DNA of 64,000 nt from Spartobacteria bacterium (GTDB lineage: Bacteria > Verrucomicrobiota > Verrucomicrobiia > Chthoniobacterales > UBA10450), in NCBI GenBank assembly GCA_003169695.1, contig PNAS01000027.1:40488-104487 (forward strand), read 5' to 3'. This document shows positions 16,428 to 25,301 of the stretch, one piece after another; positions within the stretch are counted from its first letter, which is position 1, and each line of letters begins with the position of its first letter. The notes beneath the pieces were generated by a model, which saw nothing but the letters and a program-made list of their open reading frames with translations, ran no database searches and was not told the origin of the DNA. The position numbers and the translations under genes were made by a program.

Positions 16428-18174
16428 TGGTTAAGGCTACTCGCCCCGCGACGGACGGTTTCCCCACTTCCTCATGCGGCTCAAGATCGAGATAACGCGC
16501 CGCCTTCTCCGCAATGCGCGAAAAGATGGGACCCGCGACAAGGCCGCCGTAGTTCAACTCCGGCTTCGTTGTGTGCGCGTCGTCCAGCACAACGAGTCCG
16601 ACGAACTCCGGATGCTCGGACGGCAAATAACCTGAGAACGAAACGACATACTTCCCGCGCTCGTATCCGCCTTTTGGATCCACTTTTTGCGCTGTGCCGG
16701 TTTTGCCTGAGATGGTGAAACCGGGCACCGCAGCGGCGGCGGCCGTGCCCCGATCGCTCACGACGCCGCGCAACGCATTCCCGATCTGCGCTGCTGTTTC
16801 CGGTGAGATGACCTGGCGCAGAACTACCGGCGAAAATGTGCTCACCGTCTTGCCGTCTTCCGTGGTGATCGACCTTACAATGCGCGGAGTGACGAGTTTG
16901 CCGCCATTCGCGATCGTCGCCATGGCGGAGGTCATTTGCAGCGGCGTCACGCCGACTTCGTGGCCCATCGGGATGCGCGTGATCGAAATCTTGCTCCAGG
17001 ATTGCGGCGGCCGAATCACGCCACCGATTTCGCCGGGCAATTCGATTCCGGTGCGCTCGCCGAATCCAAAGCGCCGGATGTATTCGTAGAATTTCTGGTC
17101 GCCGACCGAGATCGCCAGCTTCGCCGCGCCGATGTTGCTCGATTTCACGAGAATGTCCCGCACGCTCAAGTCCGCGTAAGCCTTGTGATCATGCAGCGGG
17201 CGTCCGCCAAAATTCCAAAGGCCGTTCTCGCAAAAAATGGTCGTATCGGGTCGAACCTTATGCTCATTCAGGGCCGCGGCGGCGCAGACGATCTTAAAAG
17301 TTGAGCCGGGCTCCATCATGTCGATGATGGCGCGGTTTTTCATCTGTTCAGGCTTCGCCTCCGAGCGCTGATTCAGATCGAAGTGCGGGCGGTTCGCCAT
17401 CGCGAGAATCTCACCGGTCTGCGGACGCATGAGGATGATCGTGGCCTTTTGCGGCGTGTATTCGCGCATAGCAGCGTCGATCTCGTTCTCAACGATATTT
17501 TGCAAATTGAGATCGATCGTCAGGTGTACCTGATAACCATTGCGCGGCGTTCGCTCCTGTCCGCGATAAATTACTATTTCCTGACCAGCGCGGTTGTGCT
17601 CGATGTAACGGTAGCCGTCCTGACCATGGAGATATTCCTCCATGGACGATTCCACACCTTGAATGCCGCGATGCTCGAAGTCCGTGAACCCGATCACGTG
17701 ACAAAGCATCGAGCCATTCGGGTAGATGCGCGTGGAATCGCGCTCGAAATAAATGCCGCGCAGGTTTTGGGTGCGCAGTCTCTCTTTCAGCGCGACGGCA
17801 ACCGATTCCGGCACTTCACGCTTCAGAACGATGTAACGCCGGTCGCCCTCTAATTTTTCCGACAGTTCGCCGGCCGGAATTTCCAGCGCGTCACGCAGCA
17901 GTGGGATGAGCGACTCGCGATTGTTCAGGTGCGTCGCATCGGCCACGACCGTCTCGACGGGAGTGTTGTGAGCAAGGACCTCGTTGTTCGCGTCCAGAAT
18001 CGAGCCGCGCTCGGCGTAGATCGCTTGTTTGTAGACGTGTTTTTCAGCAGCGAGCCCGGCGTACTCGTCGTGCTTGATCATCTGCAGATAAACGAGCCGG
18101 AAGGAAAAGGCGCTAAACAACGCCGTGAACGCGAGGCAGACCAGCGCGCAACGAATCCGGCTGTTCCACTTCAT
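16411..18174 (-). CDS. ftsI: Class B penicillin-binding protein / division transpeptidase FtsI
   Basis: N-terminal TM, then the transpeptidase triad STFK (EPGSTFKIV), SSN (KSSNIG) and KTG (SGKTGTA). Confidence 0.93.
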   Translation of the reverse strand: MKWNSRIRCALVCLAFTALFSAFSFRLVYLQMIKHDEYAGLAAEKHVYKQAIYAERGSILDANNEVLAHNTPVETVVADATHLNNRESLIPLLRDALEIPAGELSEKLEGDRRYIVLKREVPESVAVALKERLRTQNLRGIYFERDSTRIYPNGSMLCHVIGFTDFEHRGIQGVESSMEEYLHGQDGYRYIEHNRAGQEIVIYRGQERTPRNGYQVHLTIDLNLQNIVENEIDAAMREYTPQKATIILMRPQTGEILAMANRPHFDLNQRSEAKPEQMKNRAIIDMMEPGSTFKIVCAAAALNEHKVRPDTTIFCENGLWNFGGRPLHDHKAYADLSVRDILVKSSNIGAAKLAISVGDQKFYEYIRRFGFGERTGIELPGEIGGVIRPPQSWSKISITRIPMGHEVGVTPLQMTSAMATIANGGKLVTPRIVRSITTEDGKTVSTFSPVVLRQVISPETAAQIGNALRGVVSDRGTAAAAAVPGFTISGKTGTAQKVDPKGGYERGKYVVSFSGYLPSEHPEFVGLVVLDDAHTTKPELNYGGLVAGPIFSRIAEKAARYLDLEPHEEVGKPSVAGRVALTNASRR

Positions 18175-18539
18175 CTGCCGGCACGTTTGTTCGCGACCGG
18201 CTGGACGGCGTCTTCCCCGCGCGGGCCCGATGGTGCGCTCAATCGCACGATGTTGTGCTCGGAGACCGGGATCATCTTCAGATAGCCCTCTTTGAGCCGG
18301 CGCTGCATCGCCGAGCGCGAGGTCAAAGCTGCAATCTGCACGCTTGCGACGTCATTTTGCGCACGCAAACTGGTCAGCTCATTCTCGAGCGTCTTCTTGC
18401 GATCGCCCAGATGATAGAGTTGCAGGCTGAGATAAACGTAAATCAATCCGGTCAACGCCAGAAACGCCGTGATCACTATCCAGCGCGCGAGCGAGGCAGC
18501 ATTGACTGAATTGAAAGCTTTTCGGCGCGGTGCGTGCAT
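18171..18539 (-). CDS. ftsL: Cell division protein FtsL-like (bitopic, coiled coil)
   Basis: 122 aa with a single TM (WIVITAFLALTGLIYVYLSL) followed by a heptad-like segment. Sits in the canonical slot between rsmH and ftsI. Its ATG overlaps the rsmH stop (TAATG). Confidence 0.75.
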   Translation of the reverse strand: MHAPRRKAFNSVNAASLARWIVITAFLALTGLIYVYLSLQLYHLGDRKKTLENELTSLRAQNDVASVQIAALTSRSAMQRRLKEGYLKMIPVSEHNIVRLSAPSGPRGEDAVQPVANKRAGR

Positions 18540-19462
18540 TAGATTTTTTCAGCGACGCGCAACTTCGCGCTCCGCGAGCGTGGATTGACGCGTTGTTCAT
18601 TTTCACCAGGCTCGACCGGCTTCGAAGTGATGAGGCGCAGAGCGAAATCCGGATTGGGTCGTGGTTCCGGCCACTCCGGTCGATCCAGCAACTGGCGGCT
18701 GCGATCGCGGAAGAAATTTTTCACAATCCGATCCTCGAGAGAATGGAAAGTGATGACCGCAATGCGCGCACTGGACTCGAGTCGCGCGGTCAGGATGCGC
18801 AAGCCCTCTTCGAGTGCGCCAAGCTCGTCGTTCACTTCCAAGCGCAACGCCTGGAAAACTTGGGTCGCGGGATGACGCCGTCCGTGCCGCCAGACGATTT
18901 TCTCCACGGCTTTCGCCAACTGCATCGTATCGTGGAAGGGGTTGACCTTGCGCAGCTTGACCAATTGGCTGGCAATGCGCCGCGCGGCGGGCTCTTCCCC
19001 AAACTCACGAAAGATCCGGGTCAGCTCTTCTTCTGTGTAGGAGTTGACGATGGTCGCGGCCGTGAGCTCGCGCCGCGGATCCATCCGCATATCGAGAGGT
19101 CCGTTGCGCATGACGCTGAAACCGCGCTCTGCATTTTCCAATTGGCGCGATGAAACGCCGAGATCGAGCAGCGCACCACCGATGCCCACGATTCCGAGTT
19201 GGTCGAGGGCTTCTCCGACGTTGCGGAAGTTGATCTGCCGCAGGGTGACGCGGCCGCCATATGACGTAAGCCTTTCGCTGGCGTGCTCGATGGCGTCGGG
19301 ATCTTGATCGAGCGCGAGAACATCGGCGCCGGTGCGCAGAATTTCCTCGGTGTGGCCGCCGCCCCCGCAGGTGGCATCGACGACCAATGCGCCGGCGCGG
19401 GGCGCAAGCAGCTCGACGGCTTCCGTCACGAGCACCGGACGATGATAAGTAATGTCCTCCAT
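18539..19462 (-). CDS. rsmH: 16S rRNA (cytosine1402-N4)-methyltransferase RsmH (MraW)
   Basis: HRPVLVTEAV, DATCGGGGHTE and DLGVSS motifs. Start chosen at ATG 19462 (MEDITYHRPVL), which has GAGGAGG upstream. The ORF also permits ATG 19537. Confidence 0.9.
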   Translation of the reverse strand: MEDITYHRPVLVTEAVELLAPRAGALVVDATCGGGGHTEEILRTGADVLALDQDPDAIEHASERLTSYGGRVTLRQINFRNVGEALDQLGIVGIGGALLDLGVSSRQLENAERGFSVMRNGPLDMRMDPRRELTAATIVNSYTEEELTRIFREFGEEPAARRIASQLVKLRKVNPFHDTMQLAKAVEKIVWRHGRRHPATQVFQALRLEVNDELGALEEGLRILTARLESSARIAVITFHSLEDRIVKNFFRDRSRQLLDRPEWPEPRPNPDFALRLITSKPVEPGENEQRVNPRSRSAKLRVAEKI

Positions 19463-19556
19463 TTCCTGCGCTTCCTCCTCGAACTCCAGCGGACCCGTCG
19501 CGAACCAGATGGGCCGCTCAAACAGCAACGCGTTCATGATTTCTTCGTCACGATCC

Positions 19557-20012
19557 CTACAGTCCGATCACATTCGCGACGTGTTGGTAGGTCGGCGTTT
19601 CGTCCTCGTGAGCGCGTTTCCATTTCTGTAGATTCCAAATTTCAAAACGGCCGCGCCCGCCGACGAGTGCGACCTCGCCCTTCAAGCCCAGCTCCTTGCA
19701 CATATCCTCAGGCAAGACCAGACGCCCCTGGCGGTCGGATGCACCGTGTTCCGCGCGCGAATGCAATTGGCGTGAGAAAATCCGGCGGTCGCGCGCCGAG
19801 ATCGTGCTGTCTGACTCGGCCCGCGCGCTCATGCGGGCGAACTCCTCCGCTGACATGACAAGGAGATACTGGTGGCTCGGTTCGGGCAGAATGATGAAAT
19901 CTTCGCCGTCGCTTTGGCGCCAGCGGGAAGGGACGGTGATGCGGTTTTTTTCGTCAATCGAATGACGAAACTCGCCGGCGAAGAATTTTTGGGGTTGAGA
20001 GTCGGAGTCCAT
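19557..20012 (-). CDS. mraZ: Transcriptional regulator MraZ
   Basis: Two SpoVT/AbrB-like MraZ repeats (DEKNRITVPSRWR and DRQGRLVLPEDM). First gene of the dcw cluster. Confidence 0.93.
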   Translation of the reverse strand: MDSDSQPQKFFAGEFRHSIDEKNRITVPSRWRQSDGEDFIILPEPSHQYLLVMSAEEFARMSARAESDSTISARDRRIFSRQLHSRAEHGASDRQGRLVLPEDMCKELGLKGEVALVGGRGRFEIWNLQKWKRAHEDETPTYQHVANVIGL

Positions 20013-20031
20013 GCGCCAGCGGCTGATCGTT

Positions 20032-20068
20032 CCATTCTAATCCACTTTCCTCCACTTCTAACCACTTC
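20032..20068 (-). promoter_or_regulatory. Putative MraZ operator: four direct 7-mer boxes at 10-nt period
   Basis: The minus strand reads GAAGTGG-tta-GAAGTGG-agg-AAAGTGG-att-AGAATGG and ends 19 nt upstream of the mraZ ATG. This matches the reported MraZ box style (direct repeats with 10-nt phasing; AAAGTG[G/T] in Mollicutes, TGGGN in E. coli). Confidence 0.65.
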
Positions 20069-20078
20069 TCGTACCAGG

Positions 20079-20084
20079 GGTCAA
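20079..20084 (-). promoter_or_regulatory. Candidate -35 hexamer (TTGACC) of the dcw/mraZ promoter
   Basis: TTGACC on the minus strand, preceded by an A/T-rich tract (GTTAATTTTTA). Only weak -10 candidates (TAGAAG/TTAGAA) lie 17-18 nt downstream, overlapping the first MraZ box. Confidence 0.3.
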
Positions 20085-20190
20085 TAAAAATTAACGCCTG
20101 TTTGCTGGGACACGCGTCACCGACCTCCCGGGCCGTCGAACCAGCTTCCCTGCTTGCCACGGGCGGCAAAGGCGGCTAAGACAACTCCAG

Positions 20191-20850
20191 ATGATCGACT
20201 ACATCCAGAAGGGCGGCTTGCTGATGTGGCCGATTCTGGCTTGCAGCGTTATCGCCATCGCTGTCTTCGCGGAGCGGCTCTTCTATTTGCATCGCGCGAC
20301 CATCCACGTCGGCGAGTTCTTGCAAGGGCTCTCGAATCTGGTCCAGCGGCGCAACTTCGCCGAGGCGCTGCATGAGTCAGCCGGCACGCCGGGACCTGTC
20401 GCCCGCGTCATTCACGCCGCGATCATTCACCATGACGCGCCCCGTGCGGAACTCCGTGAGATAGTGCAGGAAGCGGGGCAACTCGAGGTACCGAAGCTGG
20501 AGCGCTTTCTCGGCGTCCTCGCGACACTGGCTTATCTGGCGCCGTTGCTTGGCCTGCTCGGCACGGTTGCCGGAATGATCGATGCCTTCGGAACGCTCTC
20601 CTCGAACGGCGGGTACGCGACCGTGACAGAGCTTTCCAATGGCGTTTACAAGAGTTTGCTCACGACCGCGGCCGGGCTTGTCGTCGCGATGCCGACCTTC
20701 GTTGCCTACAGTTACCTATCTTCCCGAGTGAACACGTTGATGCACGAAATGGAGCGGGCGGGGATCGAAGTAGTGCATATGTTGACCAACCGCGAGCCGA
20801 CGAGCGACATCATCACTTTCCAGGCGCCGGTTGAAGAACAAGGCCGCTAA
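20191..20850 (+). CDS. exbB: MotA/TolQ/ExbB proton-channel family protein
   Basis: Three TM segments with conserved C-terminal half LAYLAPLLGLLGTVAGMI...TTAAGLVVAMP. Followed by exbD and a tonB-like gene. Confidence 0.88.
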   Translation: MIDYIQKGGLLMWPILACSVIAIAVFAERLFYLHRATIHVGEFLQGLSNLVQRRNFAEALHESAGTPGPVARVIHAAIIHHDAPRAELREIVQEAGQLEVPKLERFLGVLATLAYLAPLLGLLGTVAGMIDAFGTLSSNGGYATVTELSNGVYKSLLTTAAGLVVAMPTFVAYSYLSSRVNTLMHEMERAGIEVVHMLTNREPTSDIITFQAPVEEQGR

Positions 20851-20880
20851 GTTTTCGTCGGCCGGCCGGCCGCGCATCGC

Positions 20881-21285
20881 ATGAAGCTTTCCCGAACGAA
20901 GGAATATCATTTCGGCTGGCTCGGCGTCATCCCGATGCTGGATGTCGTTTTTCTTTTGATCTTTTTTCTGCTGCTCAGCTCGAATTTCATCCTGCAGCCC
21001 GGTATCTCGGTTTCGGTGCCGCTGTCCCGCTTCACACTCGGTCCGCAAATCAATCCGCAAATCATCAGCATCACAGGGGGCACTGCTCCCGCGATTTATT
21101 TTCGCGATCAGAAAATCGCACTCGAACAACTGGGACCGTTGCTGGACGCGGCGAAGAAAGAGGGGCGACCAATCATTATCAAGGCGGATCGCTTGACTCC
21201 CTACACGCTCGTCGTTGAGGTCACGAACCTGGCTCTCGAACACGGAATTGCTTCCGTGGCGCTCGCCACCACTCCTTCGAAGTGA
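20881..21285 (+). CDS. exbD: Biopolymer transport protein ExbD/TolR
   Basis: 134 aa, an N-terminal TM (IPMLDVVFLLIFFLLL) and an ExbD periplasmic domain. Confidence 0.88.
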   Translation: MKLSRTKEYHFGWLGVIPMLDVVFLLIFFLLLSSNFILQPGISVSVPLSRFTLGPQINPQIISITGGTAPAIYFRDQKIALEQLGPLLDAAKKEGRPIIIKADRLTPYTLVVEVTNLALEHGIASVALATTPSK

Positions 21286-22067
21286 GCGCTCCGCTGGCTT
21301 CCGAGAGCGATTTCGGCCTCGTCTTTGCCTGGGATCAGCCACGCCGTCGGAAACTGGCGATCACGGGATTTCTTGTCGCCTCCGTCGTGCTGCACGCCCT
21401 GTGCTTCTACGTCTTTCAAATTATCTATCCGCCGGCGGTCGCTCTTTTGCCGCCGCCGGGACGCGTCACCGTGATCGCACCAAACACCGAGGAAGGGCGC
21501 GTTCTGTTGCGTTGGCTGGAGGCCGAAGATCCGGCGCTGGCCTCGACCACGCAGTCGCCGGAGGACGGAAAGTCGCTCGCAATGCCTACGATCCAGCACG
21601 CGCCTTCCTACCTGATGCGGCAACCCACGTTAAGAGACGTGCCACCAGCACCGCCTGATCCTGCTGTGCCCAGTGCGCAGCCGCCCGCCCCAGTTGAGCC
21701 GCCGCACGCGCCAATCCAAATGGTGGCGACGATCGCGCCGACGATTGTGCGCTTGTCTACGGAACTCGAAACGCTCGGCGCCATGCAAAGTCCGCAAATG
21801 AAATTCACGGCCGCCGGTCATGAATCGCCGCAGGCCGCGCAGTTTCGCGTCGCCGTGGATGAAAACGGAGCTGTGCGTTATTGCTTTCTCGAGAAGTCCT
21901 CGGGTGGCACCGCGCTCGACGAACAGGCGAGAAAATATCTTGTGCTCTGTCGGTTCTCCGCAATCCGCAATCCGCAATCCGCAATCCGAAATGGTTTCGT
22001 TTGGGGGACGGCAACCATCGAGTGGGGGAATGACGTCGTCGCACCGCCTGAAAGTGTTGCGCCGTGA
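21282..22067 (+). CDS. TonB-like energy transducer
   Basis: GTG start overlaps the exbD stop (GTGA). N-terminal TM, a proline-rich spacer (PPAPPDPAVPSAQPPAPVEPP) and a C-terminal TonB-like fold (VAVDENGAVRYCFLEKSSGGTALDEQARKYL). Contains a 7-nt repeat array. Confidence 0.75.
   Translation: MSAPLASESDFGLVFAWDQPRRRKLAITGFLVASVVLHALCFYVFQIIYPPAVALLPPPGRVTVIAPNTEEGRVLLRWLEAEDPALASTTQSPEDGKSLAMPTIQHAPSYLMRQPTLRDVPPAPPDPAVPSAQPPAPVEPPHAPIQMVATIAPTIVRLSTELETLGAMQSPQMKFTAAGHESPQAAQFRVAVDENGAVRYCFLEKSSGGTALDEQARKYLVLCRFSAIRNPQSAIRNGFVWGTATIEWGNDVVAPPESVAP
21957..21991. repeat. Heptanucleotide microsatellite (TCCGCAA)x4 + TCCGAAA inside the tonB-like CDS
   Basis: Five tandem 7-mers (the last is degenerate) encoding SAIRNPQSAIRN. 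Confidence 0.9.
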
Positions 22068-22303
22068 TTCGGGTCAGCCTTTCCGCCCTGGTCACGATCT
22101 ATTTGCTGGTTTTTCTTGCGGCAGTTTTCCTCCTCTGGATAGTTGGAGAGTGGAATCGTCGCCGACGCGAGCGCCGCGCTTTGCGCTATCGGTTGCGTTG
22201 CGTGATCTGCGCGTTTGAGTTTGAAGATCGAACGCCCGCTTTGCTTCCGCGGTGTCCACGCTGCGGAAGTTTGAACGAAAGATTTAAACCGGAACAAATT
22301 TAA
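22064..22303 (+). CDS. Small membrane-anchored zinc-ribbon protein
   Basis: 79 aa with one TM (LVTIYLLVFLAAVFLLWIV) and CVIC...CPRC. GTG start overlaps the tonB-like stop (GTGA). Confidence 0.6.
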   Translation: MIRVSLSALVTIYLLVFLAAVFLLWIVGEWNRRRRERRALRYRLRCVICAFEFEDRTPALLPRCPRCGSLNERFKPEQI

Positions 22304-22305
22304 TC

Positions 22306-23484
22306 ATGGGAATGTGGATAGGCCGAAATCGAAAAGCCCGCGTGACTTACGGTTTCGACGAAATCGCGCTGGCGCCGGGGCGTATCACGATCAATCCGAA
22401 CGAAGTTGACATTGCCTGGCGTTTACCGCGACGAAACGCAGAACCGCTTGATTTTAAAATTCCCATCCTGGCCAGCGCGATGGATGGCGTGGTGGATGTG
22501 CGCTTCGCCATTGAAATGAGCAAGCTTGGGGGCCTCGCGGTGCTGAATCTTGAAGGCGTCCAGACGCGCTACAAAAACCCTAAGGAAGTTCTCCAGAAAA
22601 TTGTCGAAACTGACAAAGGGGAGATCACGGGGCTGCTCCAAAAAATTTACCAGGAACCTGTGCAGGAAGATTTGATCGCGGGGCGCATCCGGCAGATCAA
22701 GGACAGCGGCGCGACCGCGGCGGTCAGTTCCATTCCGCAGCGGGCCGCGGAATTCGGAGCGATCGCGCAGGAAGCCGGGGCGGACGTTTTCGTCGTGCAA
22801 AGCACCGTCTCCACAGTCCGTCACATTTCGACGGAATATAAATCACTCGACCTCGAAAAATTCTGCCGGGAAATGAAGATTCCGGTCATCGTCGGGAACA
22901 CCGTCGGATACGACGTCACGTTCGAGATCATGGAATGCGGTCCCGCGGCGGTGCTCATCGGCGTCGGGCCAGGAGCGGCATGTACATCGCGCGGCGTGCT
23001 CGGCCTCGGCGTGCCGCAGGTGACCGCCACCGTTGATTGCGCTGCGGCGCGCGACGCCTATTTCAAGAAAACCTCGCGTTACGTCCCGATCATCACCGAC
23101 GGCGGAATGAGCAAGGGCGGCGACGTTTGCAAAGCGCTCGCTTGCGGGGCGGACGCGGTTATGGTCGGCAGCGCCTTCGCAAGAGCGCACGAAGCGCCGG
23201 GGTGCGGTTACCATTGGGGAATGGCAACGCCGCACGCAAATCTACCGCGCGGAACCCGCATTAAGGTGGGCGCCACTGGTTCTCTAAAGCAGATCCTCTT
23301 TGGCCCCGCCGAGGTCGACGACGGAAGTCAGAATCTTGTCGGCGCGATCACGACTTGCATGGGGAATGTCGGCGCGCGAACGGTCGCCGAGTTTCAACAA
23401 ACCGAAATCATCATCGCCCCCTCGATCAAGACCGAAGGCAAACTGTTTCAGACGGTGCAAAGCGTTGGGATGGGAACGCGGTGA
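22306..23484 (+). CDS. IMP dehydrogenase/GMP reductase-family protein (short form, no obvious CBS pair)
   Basis: TIM-barrel IMPDH-family motifs: FDEIALAPG, ILASAMDGV, GVGPGAACTSR (Cys loop) and ITDGGMSKGGDVCKALACGADAVMVGS. Confidence 0.85.
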   Translation: MGMWIGRNRKARVTYGFDEIALAPGRITINPNEVDIAWRLPRRNAEPLDFKIPILASAMDGVVDVRFAIEMSKLGGLAVLNLEGVQTRYKNPKEVLQKIVETDKGEITGLLQKIYQEPVQEDLIAGRIRQIKDSGATAAVSSIPQRAAEFGAIAQEAGADVFVVQSTVSTVRHISTEYKSLDLEKFCREMKIPVIVGNTVGYDVTFEIMECGPAAVLIGVGPGAACTSRGVLGLGVPQVTATVDCAAARDAYFKKTSRYVPIITDGGMSKGGDVCKALACGADAVMVGSAFARAHEAPGCGYHWGMATPHANLPRGTRIKVGATGSLKQILFGPAEVDDGSQNLVGAITTCMGNVGARTVAEFQQTEIIIAPSIKTEGKLFQTVQSVGMGTR

Positions 23485-23506
23485 TCCCAGCTCACTCACT
23501 CTCTAA

Positions 23507-24757
23507 ATGATTTCCGATCGTAGAGTTGTCATCACCGGCCTTGGGGTGATTTCCCCGGTCGGGAACGACGTCGAGACCTTCTGGCGCAATCTCCAAAATG
23601 GGGTCAGTGGCATTGAGCGGGTTCAGGCGTTCGATACGACGAATTACGATTGCCGGATCGGCGGCGAAGTTCGGGGGTTTGAGCCAAAGCAATTTTTTAA
23701 AAACCCGAAGGACGTTCGACGCACGGACCGTTTCGCGCAGTTGGCCATGGCGGCCGCAAAAATGGCGATGACCGATTGCGGCGTCGATTTGGACAAGATC
23801 AACCGCCACCGCTTCGGTGTGATCGTGAGCAGCGGAATCGGCGGCCTGAAGACCCTTGAGGATCAGCACGCGGTCTTGCTCGCCAAGGGTCCCTCGCGCG
23901 TTTCCCCCTTCACCATCCCGATGCTGATCAGCAACATGGGAAGCGGTTTGATTTCCATGGAGTTCGGATTGAAGGGCCCGAACCTTTGCATCGTCACAGC
24001 ATGCGCGACCTCGAACAACGCCATCGGTGAATCATGGCGGATGATCAAATTTGGCGACGCGGACATATTTCTCGCTGGCGGTTCCGAAGCGTCGATCGTC
24101 ACGGTCGGTATGGCTGCTTTTTCGGCGATGAAAGCGCTCAGCACGCGCAATGACGACCCGCATCGAGCGTCGCGGCCGTGGGATCGCGATCGCGACGGAT
24201 TCGTCATGGGCGAGGGCGCCGGTGTCGTCGTGGTGGAAGAATTGGAACACGCCAAAGCCCGTGGCGCGAAAATATATTGCGAACTGACCGGGTACGGACT
24301 TTCCGCCGACGCTCACCATATGACCGCACCGCCGCCGGATGGCGAAGGCGCCGTGCGGGCGATGCAGATGGCACTCGATCACGCGAAGATTAACTCGAAC
24401 CAGGTGGATTACGTGAATGCACACGCAACCTCGACCGGCCTCGGCGATGTCTGTGAGACGCGGGCTATCAAAACGGTTTTCGGCGAATACGCGCGAACGG
24501 TTTCCATCAGCTCGACAAAATCGATGACCGGTCACTTGTTAGGCGGAGCCGGTGCGGTCGAGATGGCAGCCTGCGCGCTCGCGATCCGCGACTCGGTAAT
24601 TCCGCCGACCATCAATCTCGAGGATCCCGACGAAGAGTGCGACCTGGATTACACGCCGAACGTCGCAAAGGAAAAGAAAGTGCGCGTCGTGGTTAATAAT
24701 TCATTTGGCTTCGGCGGCCACAACGCGACGCTCGTCGCCGCCGAATTTACCCGGTAG
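23507..24757 (+). CDS. fabF: 3-oxoacyl-ACP synthase II
   Basis: RVVITGLGVISPVGN, active-site Cys in VTACATSNNAIG, NAHATST and GHLLGGAG. Confidence 0.95.
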   Translation: MISDRRVVITGLGVISPVGNDVETFWRNLQNGVSGIERVQAFDTTNYDCRIGGEVRGFEPKQFFKNPKDVRRTDRFAQLAMAAAKMAMTDCGVDLDKINRHRFGVIVSSGIGGLKTLEDQHAVLLAKGPSRVSPFTIPMLISNMGSGLISMEFGLKGPNLCIVTACATSNNAIGESWRMIKFGDADIFLAGGSEASIVTVGMAAFSAMKALSTRNDDPHRASRPWDRDRDGFVMGEGAGVVVVEELEHAKARGAKIYCELTGYGLSADAHHMTAPPPDGEGAVRAMQMALDHAKINSNQVDYVNAHATSTGLGDVCETRAIKTVFGEYARTVSISSTKSMTGHLLGGAGAVEMAACALAIRDSVIPPTINLEDPDEECDLDYTPNVAKEKKVRVVVNNSFGFGGHNATLVAAEFTR

Positions 24758-24837
24758 GGATGGCGCGCTGCGGCGTCCGCTCGAGTCAGTCTCGTGATCT
24801 TACACCGCGGCCGGCGCAACGCGCCGTCCCTGCCTAC
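24754..24837. repeat. REP/REPIN-like inverted pair of GTAG-headed palindromes
   Basis: GTAGGGATGGCGCGCTGCGGCGTCC (24754-24778, +) and GTAGGCAGGGACGGCGCGTTGCGCC (24837-24813, -). The two GTAG heads contain the TAG stops of fabF and mglB. Confidence 0.5.
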
Positions 24838-25301
24838 TGGTCGGCAAAGACCGGGGTGGCGGTAATGTCCGAAGCGTCGAAGGAAAATCCGTGGCCGGTA
24901 TTCTGCAGCGACTTTAGAAGTGCGGCGACACTTTGTGCCGTGCTCGCGGAATAGAATCGCACCAAACCAACCGTCGTCCGGCGTCCGAAAACGGTAATCA
25001 TGATCGTATCGTCGTCGACCGAATTCATGAAAATATGATTCCCGTTACCCTGGTGATAAAGCGCATTGAATTCCACTTCGCCGATGCGCCGCGCGAGTTC
25101 CTTCGTGGCGGCGAATGAACCCGCCGCCAGCGCCGCAATGATCGTAACGTCCATCGCGGTCATGTCGCCGAATTGCGAGATCACATTTCCACCGCGATCG
25201 ATCACGACGGTCAGCTCCGCTTCGGCCTTTGTCAGAAAATTACCGAGGACACCGTCGAGATTCGCGACGTCTTCGATCGTCAGGCAAGGGATCGCGTTCA
25301 T
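24834..25301 (-). CDS. mglB: Roadblock/LC7-domain protein, MglB-like GTPase-activating protein
   Basis: 155 aa with a Roadblock/LC7 pattern (VVIDRGGNVISQFGD...ALAAGSFAATKELA...HIFMNSVDDDTIMITVF). Its ATG overlaps the mglA stop (ATGA). Confidence 0.8.
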   Translation of the reverse strand: MNAIPCLTIEDVANLDGVLGNFLTKAEAELTVVIDRGGNVISQFGDMTAMDVTIIAALAAGSFAATKELARRIGEVEFNALYHQGNGNHIFMNSVDDDTIMITVFGRRTTVGLVRFYSASTAQSVAALLKSLQNTGHGFSFDASDITATPVFADQ

